Below, in pieces: positions 9,583 to 19,731 of a stretch of DNA of 32,538 nucleotides. The notes beneath the pieces are model-generated. The model searched no databases. It was given only the letters and a program-made list of their open reading frames with translations, and was not told the origin of the DNA. Source of the stretch: a virus (Duplodnaviria > Caudoviricetes). Both the position numbers and the translations under genes were made by a program. The number at the start of each line of letters is the position of its first letter. Positions within the stretch are counted from its first letter, which is position 1. The stretch lies in IMG/VR virus record IMGVR_UViG_3300005805_000015, positions 1-32,538 of that record; one strand, written 5' to 3'.

Positions 9583-10101
9583 ATGAGCTACGCATTATTT
9601 GTAAGTAGAAACGATATTATTAAAAACAGTCCATTGCAAGGAGCGATAGATGCTGATAGGTTATTACCTTTTGTGAGAACAGCACAGGACAAATATATGT
9701 TAAACCTATTAGGTACTGTTTTATTTTACTATATCCAAGAACAAATTGAAGCGGGTACATATGGTAACTTAAATTCATATTACCAAGACCTAATGAATGA
9801 CCATATCAAACCCACACTAATATGGTATGGCTGCGTTGAATACATACCCTTTTCTTCCATTCAATTTAAAAGCGAAGGTGCAGTAAAGCATTTGAGTGAA
9901 CAATCAACAGCACCCTCTAAAAATGAGATTGATTACCTTTTACAAAAGGCTCTCAACTCTGCTGATTTCTACGCAACTCGTTTACAAAACTATTTAGTTG
10001 CTTATTCTAATCAGATACCACAATATTTGCAAAGTGTTGGTAATCTTACACAGGTTTATCCTGATTTTACCAATCAGTATTTTGGCGGTATTCAACTTTA
10101 A
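9583..10101 (+). CDS. Putative head-tail adaptor
   Basis: Follows the portal; helical; ID.D.L.P....AQD......LGT.L pattern. Confidence 0.6.
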   Translation: MSYALFVSRNDIIKNSPLQGAIDADRLLPFVRTAQDKYMLNLLGTVLFYYIQEQIEAGTYGNLNSYYQDLMNDHIKPTLIWYGCVEYIPFSSIQFKSEGAVKHLSEQSTAPSKNEIDYLLQKALNSADFYATRLQNYLVAYSNQIPQYLQSVGNLTQVYPDFTNQYFGGIQL

Positions 10102-10113
10102 AACCATAACAAT

Positions 10114-10635
10114 ATGCCATTGAATGTAGTAAATAATATAGGTACAAATTATACATTGTACTATAACGCATTAAATTATTTTAAAACAATAATGACAAAT
10201 CATCCATCTATTCAGACAGTCACACAAGGTGATGTATTTGAAATAGATGATAGAGAATTTCCTGCATATCCTTTAGGTAATATTCTTATTACAAACGCCA
10301 CATTTACTGACTCAGTTACAACTTATACTTGTCAACTTACAATAGCGGATAAGATTAAATTAAAGAATAATGAAAGTACTGGTGTACACAATAAACAAGA
10401 TATTCCTTACTTTGGTACGGATGATACCGTTGATATACACGCAAATACATTGAGTATAATTAATGATTTAACATCATACACACAATACGCAGTTGATAAC
10501 TTTGATATACCAGAAGGAATAAGTTGTGAAGCATTTAAGGATAAATTTGATAATGGATTAGGTGGATGGGTAGCTACATTTGATTTAGTTACACACAACG
10601 ATAGACCTAGATGCTTATATAATTTATTTCCTTAA
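10114..10635 (+). CDS. Putative tail terminator or neck protein
   Basis: Position and size; YPL.NI...F.D.F...L.GW...F pattern. Confidence 0.5.
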   Translation: MPLNVVNNIGTNYTLYYNALNYFKTIMTNHPSIQTVTQGDVFEIDDREFPAYPLGNILITNATFTDSVTTYTCQLTIADKIKLKNNESTGVHNKQDIPYFGTDDTVDIHANTLSIINDLTSYTQYAVDNFDIPEGISCEAFKDKFDNGLGGWVATFDLVTHNDRPRCLYNLFP

Positions 10636-10637
10636 TA

Positions 10638-11051
10638 ATGAAAGAACTTAGAGAAGTAGCAAAAGTATTTAAAGAACTGTCTTTACTCTATATGATTCAA
10701 AGACAGAGACCGGTTTATGATACAGGTGACTTATATAGTGCTATTAAGAGATATAACACATTAGAGAGGATGACAGGACCTGGTGATAAACGAAAGAAAA
10801 GTCTTAAAGGAACTTCTTCATTCGTAACCCTATTGAATTTTATGCCACCGGGCTTTGAGTATGGATACTTCCCATATTATGGTAAAGGAACATCAAAAGC
10901 ATATGGACCTAGACCATTTGCTGAGGAAGCTGCAAACTCTGCTCAAGTGAAGAAAACAATTGATAACGCCGTAAAAGGGTATATTAATAAAACTATTTTA
11001 CGTGATGTTAAGAAGCAATTAGATACTGAAGTACAGAAAATCTTAAAGTAA
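10638..11051 (+). CDS. Putative tail completion protein (HK97 gp10-like)
   Basis: PVYDTGDLY..I and GTSK..GPRPF motifs; basic protein. Confidence 0.55.
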   Translation: MKELREVAKVFKELSLLYMIQRQRPVYDTGDLYSAIKRYNTLERMTGPGDKRKKSLKGTSSFVTLLNFMPPGFEYGYFPYYGKGTSKAYGPRPFAEEAANSAQVKKTIDNAVKGYINKTILRDVKKQLDTEVQKILK

Positions 11052-11056
11052 CCATC

Positions 11057-11085
11057 AAATACAAATACGTTTTCGTTGGTTAAAT
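11057..11085 (+). promoter_or_regulatory. Putative late promoter of the tail-tip operon
   Basis: AAATAC 11057-11062, N16, GTTAAAT 11079-11085. Confidence 0.7.
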
Positions 11086-11101
11086 GATAAATTAATAAAG
11101 C

Positions 11102-12322
11102 ATGTCCTTATCCATAACACAATTTCCAGCTTCGGCATCGTTAGCACAATCACCAATGGTGTTTACGGTGTTTGAGAATACGAATGTTGTTTATAGTTCA
11201 TCATTTCAATATTATGCAGACCTGTATTATTGGACAGGTGCACCCAACCAATCAGGTTCGGTAGATTATGTACTAACTAAATACCCTAACACTAGTTTGG
11301 TAGGTATTTTTGATGTAAGTAGAATAATCAACTCAACACTTACTGATTTATCTTTTGCAAACAATTCTAACGTAACTTATTACAAAGCTGATTTTTATTG
11401 GAATTATACAAATGCTTCAAACGTAATTGTTTCATCATCTAAAGTAAGTTCAGGATTATATAAAGCATTAGATGGGTACGCAATATTTCAAGAACCTATC
11501 AACCAACAAATAGTATCTAAGTCAATCCATTGGCCGATAATGAGTGATGGACCTGCAACACAATCTTTCTTAGATGGTACAGTGGGTTGGATGAGTGCAT
11601 ATTGTGGTGATATAGGTAATCCAGTAATTACAAAGATAGTATATTCAGGTTCATTAAATAATGCAACCTACACAATTAGTGGTGATGTATCATCTTCAAA
11701 TCAAATAAACTATTTTCCTATTGGAGTTCTTTGTGATGACTGGCCGCTAAATCCAGTACAAGATTTCTTTAGTGTACAAGCATTTTCTGGTTCAACCGCA
11801 TTAGGGAGTTCTATTTTATTCCGAAAAGATTGTATCCAAAAGTATCCAAACATCCGAATTAAATGGAAAAATAGATATGGACAATTTGATTACTTTAATT
11901 TTTATTTAGTTAATCGTCAAGGGTTCTCATCTACTAAACGTACATATCAACCGCAATTGGGTAGTTGGCAAGGTTCAACATTAAGTTATGAAAACTATGA
12001 TAGCTCAAACTTAAACTACCTTACCGATTCCAAACAAACCCTAAGTGTAAACACACCATACATTAGTGAAGCTTATAATGATATATTAAAACAATTATTG
12101 GTTTCTGATGAAATATATTGGGTGTATGGTCAAGACGCAATTGGTGAAGGATTTAACAATGGATATGATAATGGATTCCAAGCCGGTGTTACTACAACTG
12201 AACTTGTAAGACCTATTACAATTACAACAAATAACATCGTATTTAAGACAGGAGTAAATGATAAACTAATTCAATACCAATTTGATTTTGATTGGGGACA
12301 ATCTTATAAATTAATAATATAA
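11102..12322 (+). CDS. Tail-tip structural protein (distal-tail-like)
   Basis: W.NRYG.FDYF.F and L..NT......N....QLL.S..IYW motifs; TAATG-coupled to the next gene. Confidence 0.55.
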   Translation: MSLSITQFPASASLAQSPMVFTVFENTNVVYSSSFQYYADLYYWTGAPNQSGSVDYVLTKYPNTSLVGIFDVSRIINSTLTDLSFANNSNVTYYKADFYWNYTNASNVIVSSSKVSSGLYKALDGYAIFQEPINQQIVSKSIHWPIMSDGPATQSFLDGTVGWMSAYCGDIGNPVITKIVYSGSLNNATYTISGDVSSSNQINYFPIGVLCDDWPLNPVQDFFSVQAFSGSTALGSSILFRKDCIQKYPNIRIKWKNRYGQFDYFNFYLVNRQGFSSTKRTYQPQLGSWQGSTLSYENYDSSNLNYLTDSKQTLSVNTPYISEAYNDILKQLLVSDEIYWVYGQDAIGEGFNNGYDNGFQAGVTTTELVRPITITTNNIVFKTGVNDKLIQYQFDFDWGQSYKLII

Positions 12323-14673
12323 TGGGCCAAACTAGTACGCAAGGTTTTGTTTTTAAATTAGTGGCAAATGATACAATATTAGACCTATTTGCAGACGAAG
12401 ATATTAAGTTATCGGATAATGTTACTGGTCTATTTGATTTGGGTGTATTGCCAACTGATTTCACACGTCAGATACAATTACCTGGCACTAAAAAGAATAA
12501 CGCGTTCTTTGAGCACGTTTATGATATCTCAGTTTTTTCACCTGATACATTTGCTACAAACATTAAAGTTCCAGCTTATTTGGATTTTGATGGTTTGTAT
12601 TTAGCACAAGGTTATCTTCAATTGAATAAGGTTAATGTTTATGCAAATAAATTTATTGATTCATATGAGGTAACTATATTCGGTGCATTATCTTCATTTG
12701 GTATAACTGTTAATAAGAATTATTTAACTGATTTAACACCACTAAATTCATACAACCATACTGCTTCTATTGGAGCGGTAACTTCTTCTTGGAGTGGTAG
12801 TCTTTTTAATGGTGATATAATTTATCCCCTAGCGGATTATGGTAGTGGATATCAATTCACATCAGGTCAATACGAATTATTTGGAATGGATGATTATCAA
12901 GGTGCATTATCAACAATAGATTTCAAACCAGCTATTCGTATGACAAAGGTTTGGGATGCAATATTTGATTTTGCAGGATACACCTATACAAGTTCATTCT
13001 TTGACCCATATGAATCGTTACCTACAACATATACAGTAACTAACAATGGTAGCGGTAACTATGTAATAAATGGAAGTTCAAATCCAACATTAGAAATAGC
13101 AGAAGGTAAAACTATTGTATTTAATGTAAACGCACCCGGTCATCCTTTTTGGATTAAAAGTGTAAGTAGTACCGGTACAGGAAATGCATACAATACAGGT
13201 GTAACTAATAATGGTACTGATAATGGAACAATAACTTGGACTGTACCATACAACGCACCATCAACACTATACTATAATTGTCAGAATCACTCATCAATGT
13301 CAGGCAGTATTGATGTTAAAAATAATTTTTTAGATGACATTTATTTACTTTGTAATAACTCACTACAATATCCTGAATTTTCAGGTGTTGATTTAGAAGG
13401 TTATGGTAAAATAAAAGTAGGAGCGATTAGTGGCAGTGGTATGACTGATATTGTATTAACTGAAAATACTTTTGTAACTCTACCTTGGTATAACTCATTA
13501 TCAGACCCACAAGGGTTTTATAATAATGGTGCTTATAGATTAGATGTTACATCTTCATTAAAAGGAGTATTAAACATAAACATAAATGTAAATTGTGCGG
13601 TTAATAATATGCCTGGTACATTAACAGCAAATGGTACGTGGCAATATCGTTTAATAGAAACAGGTAGTAGTACCCCATACGCATTAAGTGCAATACAATC
13701 TTATATATTTTATTTTGACCAATTACAGCAAAGCAGAAGTGGAGGTATAAATCAAAACTTTGAATTACAAACTGAATTTGCAACAAATGAACCATTACCA
13801 CCAGGTAATTATTATTTCCAAATCCGTCAAAGACCTAATTTCGCAGCACCAACTGCACAACCGCTTGTAACGTTAGACCCGCAGGGTACAACTAAATCTT
13901 ATTTAGAAATAAAAAAAGTAAACCAAGCTGCTGATGGTAGAATTATGAACATACCTCTTAATATGCCGTTTGGTACAACAGGTATTAAACTAATTGATTT
14001 TATTAAAGGAATACAAAAGAAATTTAATCTTGTAATATATCCATCTAAAACTGTAAAAAATCAATTTATAGTTGAAACATTTAACACTTGGTACAAACAA
14101 GGAACTATTAAGAATTTTAATAAATACATTAATTTAGATGATAAGATAGAAGTAATTCCAGCAAACAACTTAGCTGTAAACGAATTAAACTTTAGTGATA
14201 CATTAGACCAGGATTATATCTCACAACAATTTAGTAAAGCTGCAAATAGAGAATATGGTAAGAGTTATTTTACCGATACGAACAATTTCTTTTCACAAGG
14301 TAAGTTTGAAGTTAAAACAACTTTAGCTTCTTCACCATTAATCCGAATAGCAGGTACAGGTCTATCAGGTTCAGTAGCTGGTATAGCACCACAGCCAGTA
14401 AAATATAATGCAGGATATTATAGATTTTCAAATGATTCTTTTGATCCTGGTGCTGTTTGTAATAGTTATATTTCTTTTAACATCTATACTGATAATGGTA
14501 CTGTTAATGCAGGACAGACTGCATATTATGATGAATACGGTACAAACATTGTTTATGGATACAATTACTTTACACCTGCTGATTATGGAGGAGGTCCAAT
14601 ATACGAAATTAGTAACGCTAATGGAGTTATAGGATATAATACCGGTAATTATTGTGGTGGTGGAAATCAATAA
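12322..14673 (+). CDS. Tail-tip/baseplate hub protein with an inserted cupredoxin-like domain
   Basis: N-terminal LDLF.DE.I...FTR...LPG...NN.FF.H, YPL.DYG and KPAI motifs; insertion at about 13021-13320. Confidence 0.65.
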   Translation: MGQTSTQGFVFKLVANDTILDLFADEDIKLSDNVTGLFDLGVLPTDFTRQIQLPGTKKNNAFFEHVYDISVFSPDTFATNIKVPAYLDFDGLYLAQGYLQLNKVNVYANKFIDSYEVTIFGALSSFGITVNKNYLTDLTPLNSYNHTASIGAVTSSWSGSLFNGDIIYPLADYGSGYQFTSGQYELFGMDDYQGALSTIDFKPAIRMTKVWDAIFDFAGYTYTSSFFDPYESLPTTYTVTNNGSGNYVINGSSNPTLEIAEGKTIVFNVNAPGHPFWIKSVSSTGTGNAYNTGVTNNGTDNGTITWTVPYNAPSTLYYNCQNHSSMSGSIDVKNNFLDDIYLLCNNSLQYPEFSGVDLEGYGKIKVGAISGSGMTDIVLTENTFVTLPWYNSLSDPQGFYNNGAYRLDVTSSLKGVLNININVNCAVNNMPGTLTANGTWQYRLIETGSSTPYALSAIQSYIFYFDQLQQSRSGGINQNFELQTEFATNEPLPPGNYYFQIRQRPNFAAPTAQPLVTLDPQGTTKSYLEIKKVNQAADGRIMNIPLNMPFGTTGIKLIDFIKGIQKKFNLVIYPSKTVKNQFIVETFNTWYKQGTIKNFNKYINLDDKIEVIPANNLAVNELNFSDTLDQDYISQQFSKAANREYGKSYFTDTNNFFSQGKFEVKTTLASSPLIRIAGTGLSGSVAGIAPQPVKYNAGYYRFSNDSFDPGAVCNSYISFNIYTDNGTVNAGQTAYYDEYGTNIVYGYNYFTPADYGGGPIYEISNANGVIGYNTGNYCGGGNQ

Positions 14674-14676
14674 ACT

Positions 14677-15609
14677 ATGGCAGTAATACCAATATACATA
14701 CCAACCTATATCTCAGACCAGAACTACAATCCTAGTCGTGTTTTACCACGCCTTCTATTTTATAATGGACAAGTAGAATGTGAGGGATATTGGTTACAAA
14801 ATCAACTTGCTCAACAATTTGAGCAATCTACTTTTCCGTATTTTGATAACTACAATGTAGTATCAGGTTCATTTCCAACAACTGATTCTAAATCTCTTTT
14901 ATTTTTTAATGAACAACCTGCATATGGTGAGAAACCAACTGAATCTTTATATTCAACTTATTGGAGCACTTATTTAAACCTATTATATAACCCACGCACT
15001 CGTCTAATTAACGCATCAACAATCATTCCCCTAGCGGACTATTTTGAAATGGAGCTAAATGACATTGTCGAGTTCAGAGGAAACTATTATCACCTAAGAG
15101 CGATTAATGATTATAATCTAAAGAATGGTGAATGTAATATACAATTATTAGGTCCTATATTAGATGATGTAGTAGATGCTATATTAAATCGTACTTCTAC
15201 TACAACTACAAGTACTAGCACTACAACGAGTACATCTACATCTACTTCAACGAGTACTTCAACGAGTACTTCAACAAGTACATCTACTTCAACAAGTACT
15301 TCAACATCATCTACAACTACTACTACGGCTTCACCAACGATATACACACATGGTAATGTTAGAGGAACGTGTTCAGATTATTGTACTACAAATTATTTAA
15401 TACAAGTTCTTACCAATGCAGATGGGGATTATAATTCTCTTACAATTGGTGATACAATATATGGGCAAGGTGGATACGCTGGATTTGTAGCATACTCAAA
15501 TACGTCAACTGATACAAATACAGGACCATTTAAAATTGCAGAAATTGATACTAATGGTGAAGTAATAAGCATTCTATATTGTGTTGGAAGTAATTGTGTA
15601 CCGTTATAA
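14677..15609 (+). CDS. Tail-tip protein paralogue A: conserved 162-aa domain, TS linker, small Cys-containing domain
   Basis: First 162 aa are about 85% identical to 15621..17111. Confidence 0.7.
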   Translation: MAVIPIYIPTYISDQNYNPSRVLPRLLFYNGQVECEGYWLQNQLAQQFEQSTFPYFDNYNVVSGSFPTTDSKSLLFFNEQPAYGEKPTESLYSTYWSTYLNLLYNPRTRLINASTIIPLADYFEMELNDIVEFRGNYYHLRAINDYNLKNGECNIQLLGPILDDVVDAILNRTSTTTTSTSTTTSTSTSTSTSTSTSTSTSTSTSTSTSTSSTTTTTASPTIYTHGNVRGTCSDYCTTNYLIQVLTNADGDYNSLTIGDTIYGQGGYAGFVAYSNTSTDTNTGPFKIAEIDTNGEVISILYCVGSNCVPL

Positions 15610-15620
15610 TAAAATAAACT

Positions 15621-17111
15621 ATGGCAGTAATACCGATATACATACCAACTTATATTTCGGACCAGACATATAAACCCGCAAGAGTATTACCACGTCTTTT
15701 ATTTTATAATGGGCAAGTTGAATGTGAACCATATTGGGTACAAAACCAATTAGCGCAACAATTTGAACAATCTACTTTTCCTTACTTTGACAATTATAAT
15801 GTTGTATCAGGTTCGTTTCCTACTGTAAATTCTAAATCATTACTTTTTTATAATGAAGAAGCTAGTTATGGACAAACACCAACTGCATCTTTATATAGTG
15901 AATATTGGAGCACTTATTTAAATCTATTATATAATCCACTTACTAAATTAATAAATGCTTCTGCAATTATTCCTTTAGCTGATTATCGTGAATTAAAACA
16001 AAATGATGTTGTTGAATTCAGAAGTAACTATTATCACTTACGTGCAATAAATGATTACAACTTAAAAAATGGAGAATGTACTATTCAGTTATTAGGTCCT
16101 ATATTAGCTGATTCATTAAATTTACCTACAAAATTATTCTTTAAATGTTTTGGTTATGATGTATCTGATTGTGATGTAGCGTGTACAGATGCTGATTTAT
16201 GTAACCCAACAACTACAACAAGTACTACTTCAACAAGTACTACTTCAACAACAACTACAACTACAATAGCTCCTTTAATTCTTACACCTCCTGTGCAGGC
16301 GTTTGTAACCGCATCTGGTATAACGGGTTCTGCAATAAATTATGTACAAATACTATATAACGATTTATCAGGATCTAATTTGTTTGATAAAATGTATGCA
16401 ATATATCCATTTGTTGGAGCTAATGCAAATTCACATAGATATAATTTAGTTAATACAGGTTCTTATACAATTACATTTAATGGTTCTTGGGTACATGATT
16501 CAAATGGTATAACAGGAAATGGTACTAATACATCTGCAAATACAGGTATAATACCTAATACATTTAATGCACAGGTACCAGAAGCATACGCGGGTGATAT
16601 GTGGTATGTAAGTTCATCTCTACACATTTATAGTAGAACTAATGGACCAAGTGGCATTGATATTGGTTCACGTAGTACAGGAAATAACGCAAGTTCATTG
16701 ATTATACAATACAACGTTACTGGTAGTGAAAATACGGTATATAGTAATACACAAAATTCAGCAGTATATCCTACACAACTTACTGCTAGTGGTTTCTTTG
16801 GTGGCAGTACTTTAGCAACTACTATATATAACAATCAGGGAAACATTGTATCCGGTTCAGCATCAGGTAGTAATGGAGTATATAAAAATGGAGTTAAACT
16901 TGTTGGATTTGAACAAACACCTTATGTTGGTAATGCCGTTAGTAATGTACCTTTATTTATTGGAGCACTTAATGATGGAACTGGACCTTTAGACTTTACA
17001 AATAGAAACTATGCGTTTGCAGCTATCGGTAAAGGTTTAACCCAAAATGAAATGGCAACATTATATACAATAGTACAAAATTTTGAAACTTCATTAAATA
17101 GACAGGTATAA
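15621..17111 (+). CDS. Tail-tip protein paralogue B: conserved 162-aa domain, T linker, lectin-like beta domain
   Basis: Shared N-terminal domain; C-terminal K..AIYPFVG....H..NL...GKGLT..E...LY..VQ.F.T.L.R module. Confidence 0.7.
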   Translation: MAVIPIYIPTYISDQTYKPARVLPRLLFYNGQVECEPYWVQNQLAQQFEQSTFPYFDNYNVVSGSFPTVNSKSLLFYNEEASYGQTPTASLYSEYWSTYLNLLYNPLTKLINASAIIPLADYRELKQNDVVEFRSNYYHLRAINDYNLKNGECTIQLLGPILADSLNLPTKLFFKCFGYDVSDCDVACTDADLCNPTTTTSTTSTSTTSTTTTTTIAPLILTPPVQAFVTASGITGSAINYVQILYNDLSGSNLFDKMYAIYPFVGANANSHRYNLVNTGSYTITFNGSWVHDSNGITGNGTNTSANTGIIPNTFNAQVPEAYAGDMWYVSSSLHIYSRTNGPSGIDIGSRSTGNNASSLIIQYNVTGSENTVYSNTQNSAVYPTQLTASGFFGGSTLATTIYNNQGNIVSGSASGSNGVYKNGVKLVGFEQTPYVGNAVSNVPLFIGALNDGTGPLDFTNRNYAFAAIGKGLTQNEMATLYTIVQNFETSLNRQV

Positions 17112-17130
17112 CCACAACGAAAAATTAACT

Positions 17131-18204
17131 ATGACACAAAACGTATATATTGATTGTTTTATTCCTAATGTTGGATGCCGAATGTACTTAGATGCTTCAG
17201 GTGAATCTGCTGCACCAGCTGGTAAATACTCTGATGGTACTAATTGTTATACCGTTAATTCTAGTGGGTTTATTACTGCGGTTAATACATGTTTTGAAAC
17301 AACAACTACTTCAACATCAACTACAAGTACTACTTCAACTACAAGTACTACTTCAACATCAACAAGTACCTCAACTACTACAACAACTACTGCTGCTCCA
17401 TATTATTATTACACAGCACAAACAAATTGTCCTGGTGCCGTTGCCTCAAGTTATATAGTCAGACTAACATCACCAATTCCTTTATATGACACTAGTTTTG
17501 CAACAGTTTCTATATTATATTTATCTGGAAGTAATGTTTTCACAGGTGATAAATGTTTTAGAATATTTCCTCCTCCCTCGCCATTACCAGATTTTCCTAC
17601 AGACGTTGTTTTGTTGGATAGTTTTTCTTCGCAGCAATATGAAGACCCTTGTTCAGAATGTGTAGAATCTCTTATTGAAAACGGAGGTTATAATAGTGGA
17701 TTTTCAGCATTTGGTACAGGTAGTTTTACAAGAGCAATTCCAGGAGCTGGATGTAATCAAAGTAATTGGGGATATATCCAATCTAACTTTGGTGGCGCGA
17801 GCGGTATTGATACATACACTATTTATACTGGTAGCATACAATTAACATCAGGTTCATCATTTAGACCTAATTATCTTACTTCAGAGGGAATAACAGTACC
17901 TCCTATAATATTCGTTCCTTTAGATTCTAATTTTACTTGTGGCCAATCACGCTTATTTGTAACAAAAATTGAATCTGGAGTAAGTAGCTCAATAGCAATG
18001 AGACCAAACACATCTATTCCTATTTTAAACGGTGGAAAGGTTGAATTTTGGTATCAAGCTGCTGGAGGTGCTGCCCGTCCTCAATTATATGCAATAACTG
18101 GAAGTTCTTTTACCCAAACAAGTATAGACTATCAAACTTATAAAATTATACATACATTTACCTCATCTGGTAATTTTTACTATAACACATTTACATCCCC
18201 ATAA
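17131..18204 (+). CDS. Multi-domain virion protein with a Thr/Ser linker
   Basis: G.YSDG.N.Y.V...G.I domain, poly-T/S tract, Cys-rich domain like those in 4225..5286, C-terminal Y.IIHTFTSSG.F motif. Confidence 0.65.
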   Translation: MTQNVYIDCFIPNVGCRMYLDASGESAAPAGKYSDGTNCYTVNSSGFITAVNTCFETTTTSTSTTSTTSTTSTTSTSTSTSTTTTTTAAPYYYYTAQTNCPGAVASSYIVRLTSPIPLYDTSFATVSILYLSGSNVFTGDKCFRIFPPPSPLPDFPTDVVLLDSFSSQQYEDPCSECVESLIENGGYNSGFSAFGTGSFTRAIPGAGCNQSNWGYIQSNFGGASGIDTYTIYTGSIQLTSGSSFRPNYLTSEGITVPPIIFVPLDSNFTCGQSRLFVTKIESGVSSSIAMRPNTSIPILNGGKVEFWYQAAGGAARPQLYAITGSSFTQTSIDYQTYKIIHTFTSSGNFYYNTFTSP

Positions 18205-18231
18205 CCACAAAGATTATTTGAATTGTTAAAT
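18203..18231 (+). promoter_or_regulatory. Putative late promoter of the glycosylation cassette
   Basis: AACCAC 18203-18208, N16, GTTAAAT 18225-18231. Confidence 0.7.
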
Positions 18232-18262
18232 GATAGGTAATTAAATAAAAAAAACTAATGTT

Positions 18263-19198
18263 ATGCAAGACATCCGATTCATTTGTGCTCAACCAGCAAA
18301 TTCATATTATACTTGGCAAGTTGAAGTACTAATTAACAACTTCATTAAGCATGGAGTAAATCCAAACAAAATTGATATTTTATGTGCGATAAATAATGAT
18401 ATCGTACCTGAAGATTGGAGGAAACTACAAAATCATTACAACACTGTAAGATTCTTCTTCTACAATGATACCAGGAGTGATTTTAAGTACATTCCTGCCA
18501 TTTACTTTAACTTAATGAGTAATCACCTCAAAGCTCATCCAGAGTTGAAGGACGAGGTTCTTTTCCTACACGATAGTGATATCATTTTTACACGTAGACC
18601 TGAGTTAGATTGGGTTCGTAAAAGTAATGTATGGAGTTTGAGTGATACTAACTCTTATATCAATTACGATTATATTCAACAAAAAGATAATGCCATCTAT
18701 GAAAAGATGTGTGAGATTATTGGTATAGATAAAAGAATACCAAAGTTAATGAACTCACATTCAGGTGGAGCTCAATACATTGTTAATGGAGAAGGTTGGG
18801 AGTTTTGGAATAAAGTAGAAAGGGATGCAATCACAATGTATGATTACTTTTGTGAAGTAGAACCGTTATATGTAAAAAAGTATGAAGGTGATTATCCAAT
18901 TCAGAAATGGACAGCTGGTATGTGGAGTTTACTTTGGAATGCTTGGTTATCAGGACACGAAACTAAAGTTGATGACAGAATTTCTTTTGGTTGGTCTACT
19001 GACCCGGTTGATAGAGTTGAGAAACACTGGATACTTCACAATGCCGGTGTTACGGTTGATATGCAAGGTTTATTTTTTAAAGGTGCTTACATCAATAAAT
19101 TACCTTATGATGAGGTTTTGGAAATTGATGAAAGTAGAGCATCTTCTTATTATTGGAAGCAAGTACAAGAAACAGCACAAAAAACAATATTAAAATAA
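18263..19198 (+). CDS. GT-A fold glycosyltransferase, resembling peptide O-glycosyltransferases (HPAT/SERGT-like)
   Basis: Y..WQVE, the DxD motif in FLHDSDIIF, GGAQYI, KWTAGMW and ILHNAG. Confidence 0.65.
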   Translation: MQDIRFICAQPANSYYTWQVEVLINNFIKHGVNPNKIDILCAINNDIVPEDWRKLQNHYNTVRFFFYNDTRSDFKYIPAIYFNLMSNHLKAHPELKDEVLFLHDSDIIFTRRPELDWVRKSNVWSLSDTNSYINYDYIQQKDNAIYEKMCEIIGIDKRIPKLMNSHSGGAQYIVNGEGWEFWNKVERDAITMYDYFCEVEPLYVKKYEGDYPIQKWTAGMWSLLWNAWLSGHETKVDDRISFGWSTDPVDRVEKHWILHNAGVTVDMQGLFFKGAYINKLPYDEVLEIDESRASSYYWKQVQETAQKTILK

Positions 19199-19731
19199 TG
19201 CCACACTCATATCATTTCGGAAAAACTGAAGCAATTGAATTTATTAAAAACAATACCACAACTGAATCTAAAATATTAGATGTAGGACCTGGTGTTGGAA
19301 CATATGCAGATTATCTAAAACCATTTGGATATCATATAGATGGATTAGAAATCTATGATGGGTATGTAAACGCATATAACCTATCAGAAAAATATAAAAA
19401 CATATACGTTGGAAACATTGTAGATTACGATGTATCCGATTATGATTTTGTAATAATTGGTGATGTGTTAGAACATCTTACAATAGAAGATTCAAATATA
19501 GTACTAAACAAATGTAAAAATGTATTGGTAGCAGTACCTTATATATGTCCGCAAGGTGGTGTAGATTTCTATCATAATGAACATCATTTGATAAATCCTT
19601 ACGAAGCACACAAACAATCGGATTTAACACCACTAATAATGCTCACACGTTATCCACATTTAGGACTTGTATGGAGTAATCATTTATATGGTTACTATTC
19701 AAATATTAAATGGAATGGATATTATGCATAA
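19198..19731 (+). CDS. Class I SAM-dependent methyltransferase
   Basis: ILDVGPGVG and YDFVIIGDVLEHL; start ATG 19198 overlaps the upstream stop (TAATG). Confidence 0.85.
   Translation: MPHSYHFGKTEAIEFIKNNTTTESKILDVGPGVGTYADYLKPFGYHIDGLEIYDGYVNAYNLSEKYKNIYVGNIVDYDVSDYDFVIIGDVLEHLTIEDSNIVLNKCKNVLVAVPYICPQGGVDFYHNEHHLINPYEAHKQSDLTPLIMLTRYPHLGLVWSNHLYGYYSNIKWNGYYA

Noticed and set aside
14677-16106. Diversity-generating retroelement TR/VR pair
   Set aside because: Differences are not adenine-specific, both copies are coding, and no reverse transcriptase is present.
17110-17140. Additional late promoter at AACCAC
   Set aside because: No GTTAAA at the 16-nt spacing.
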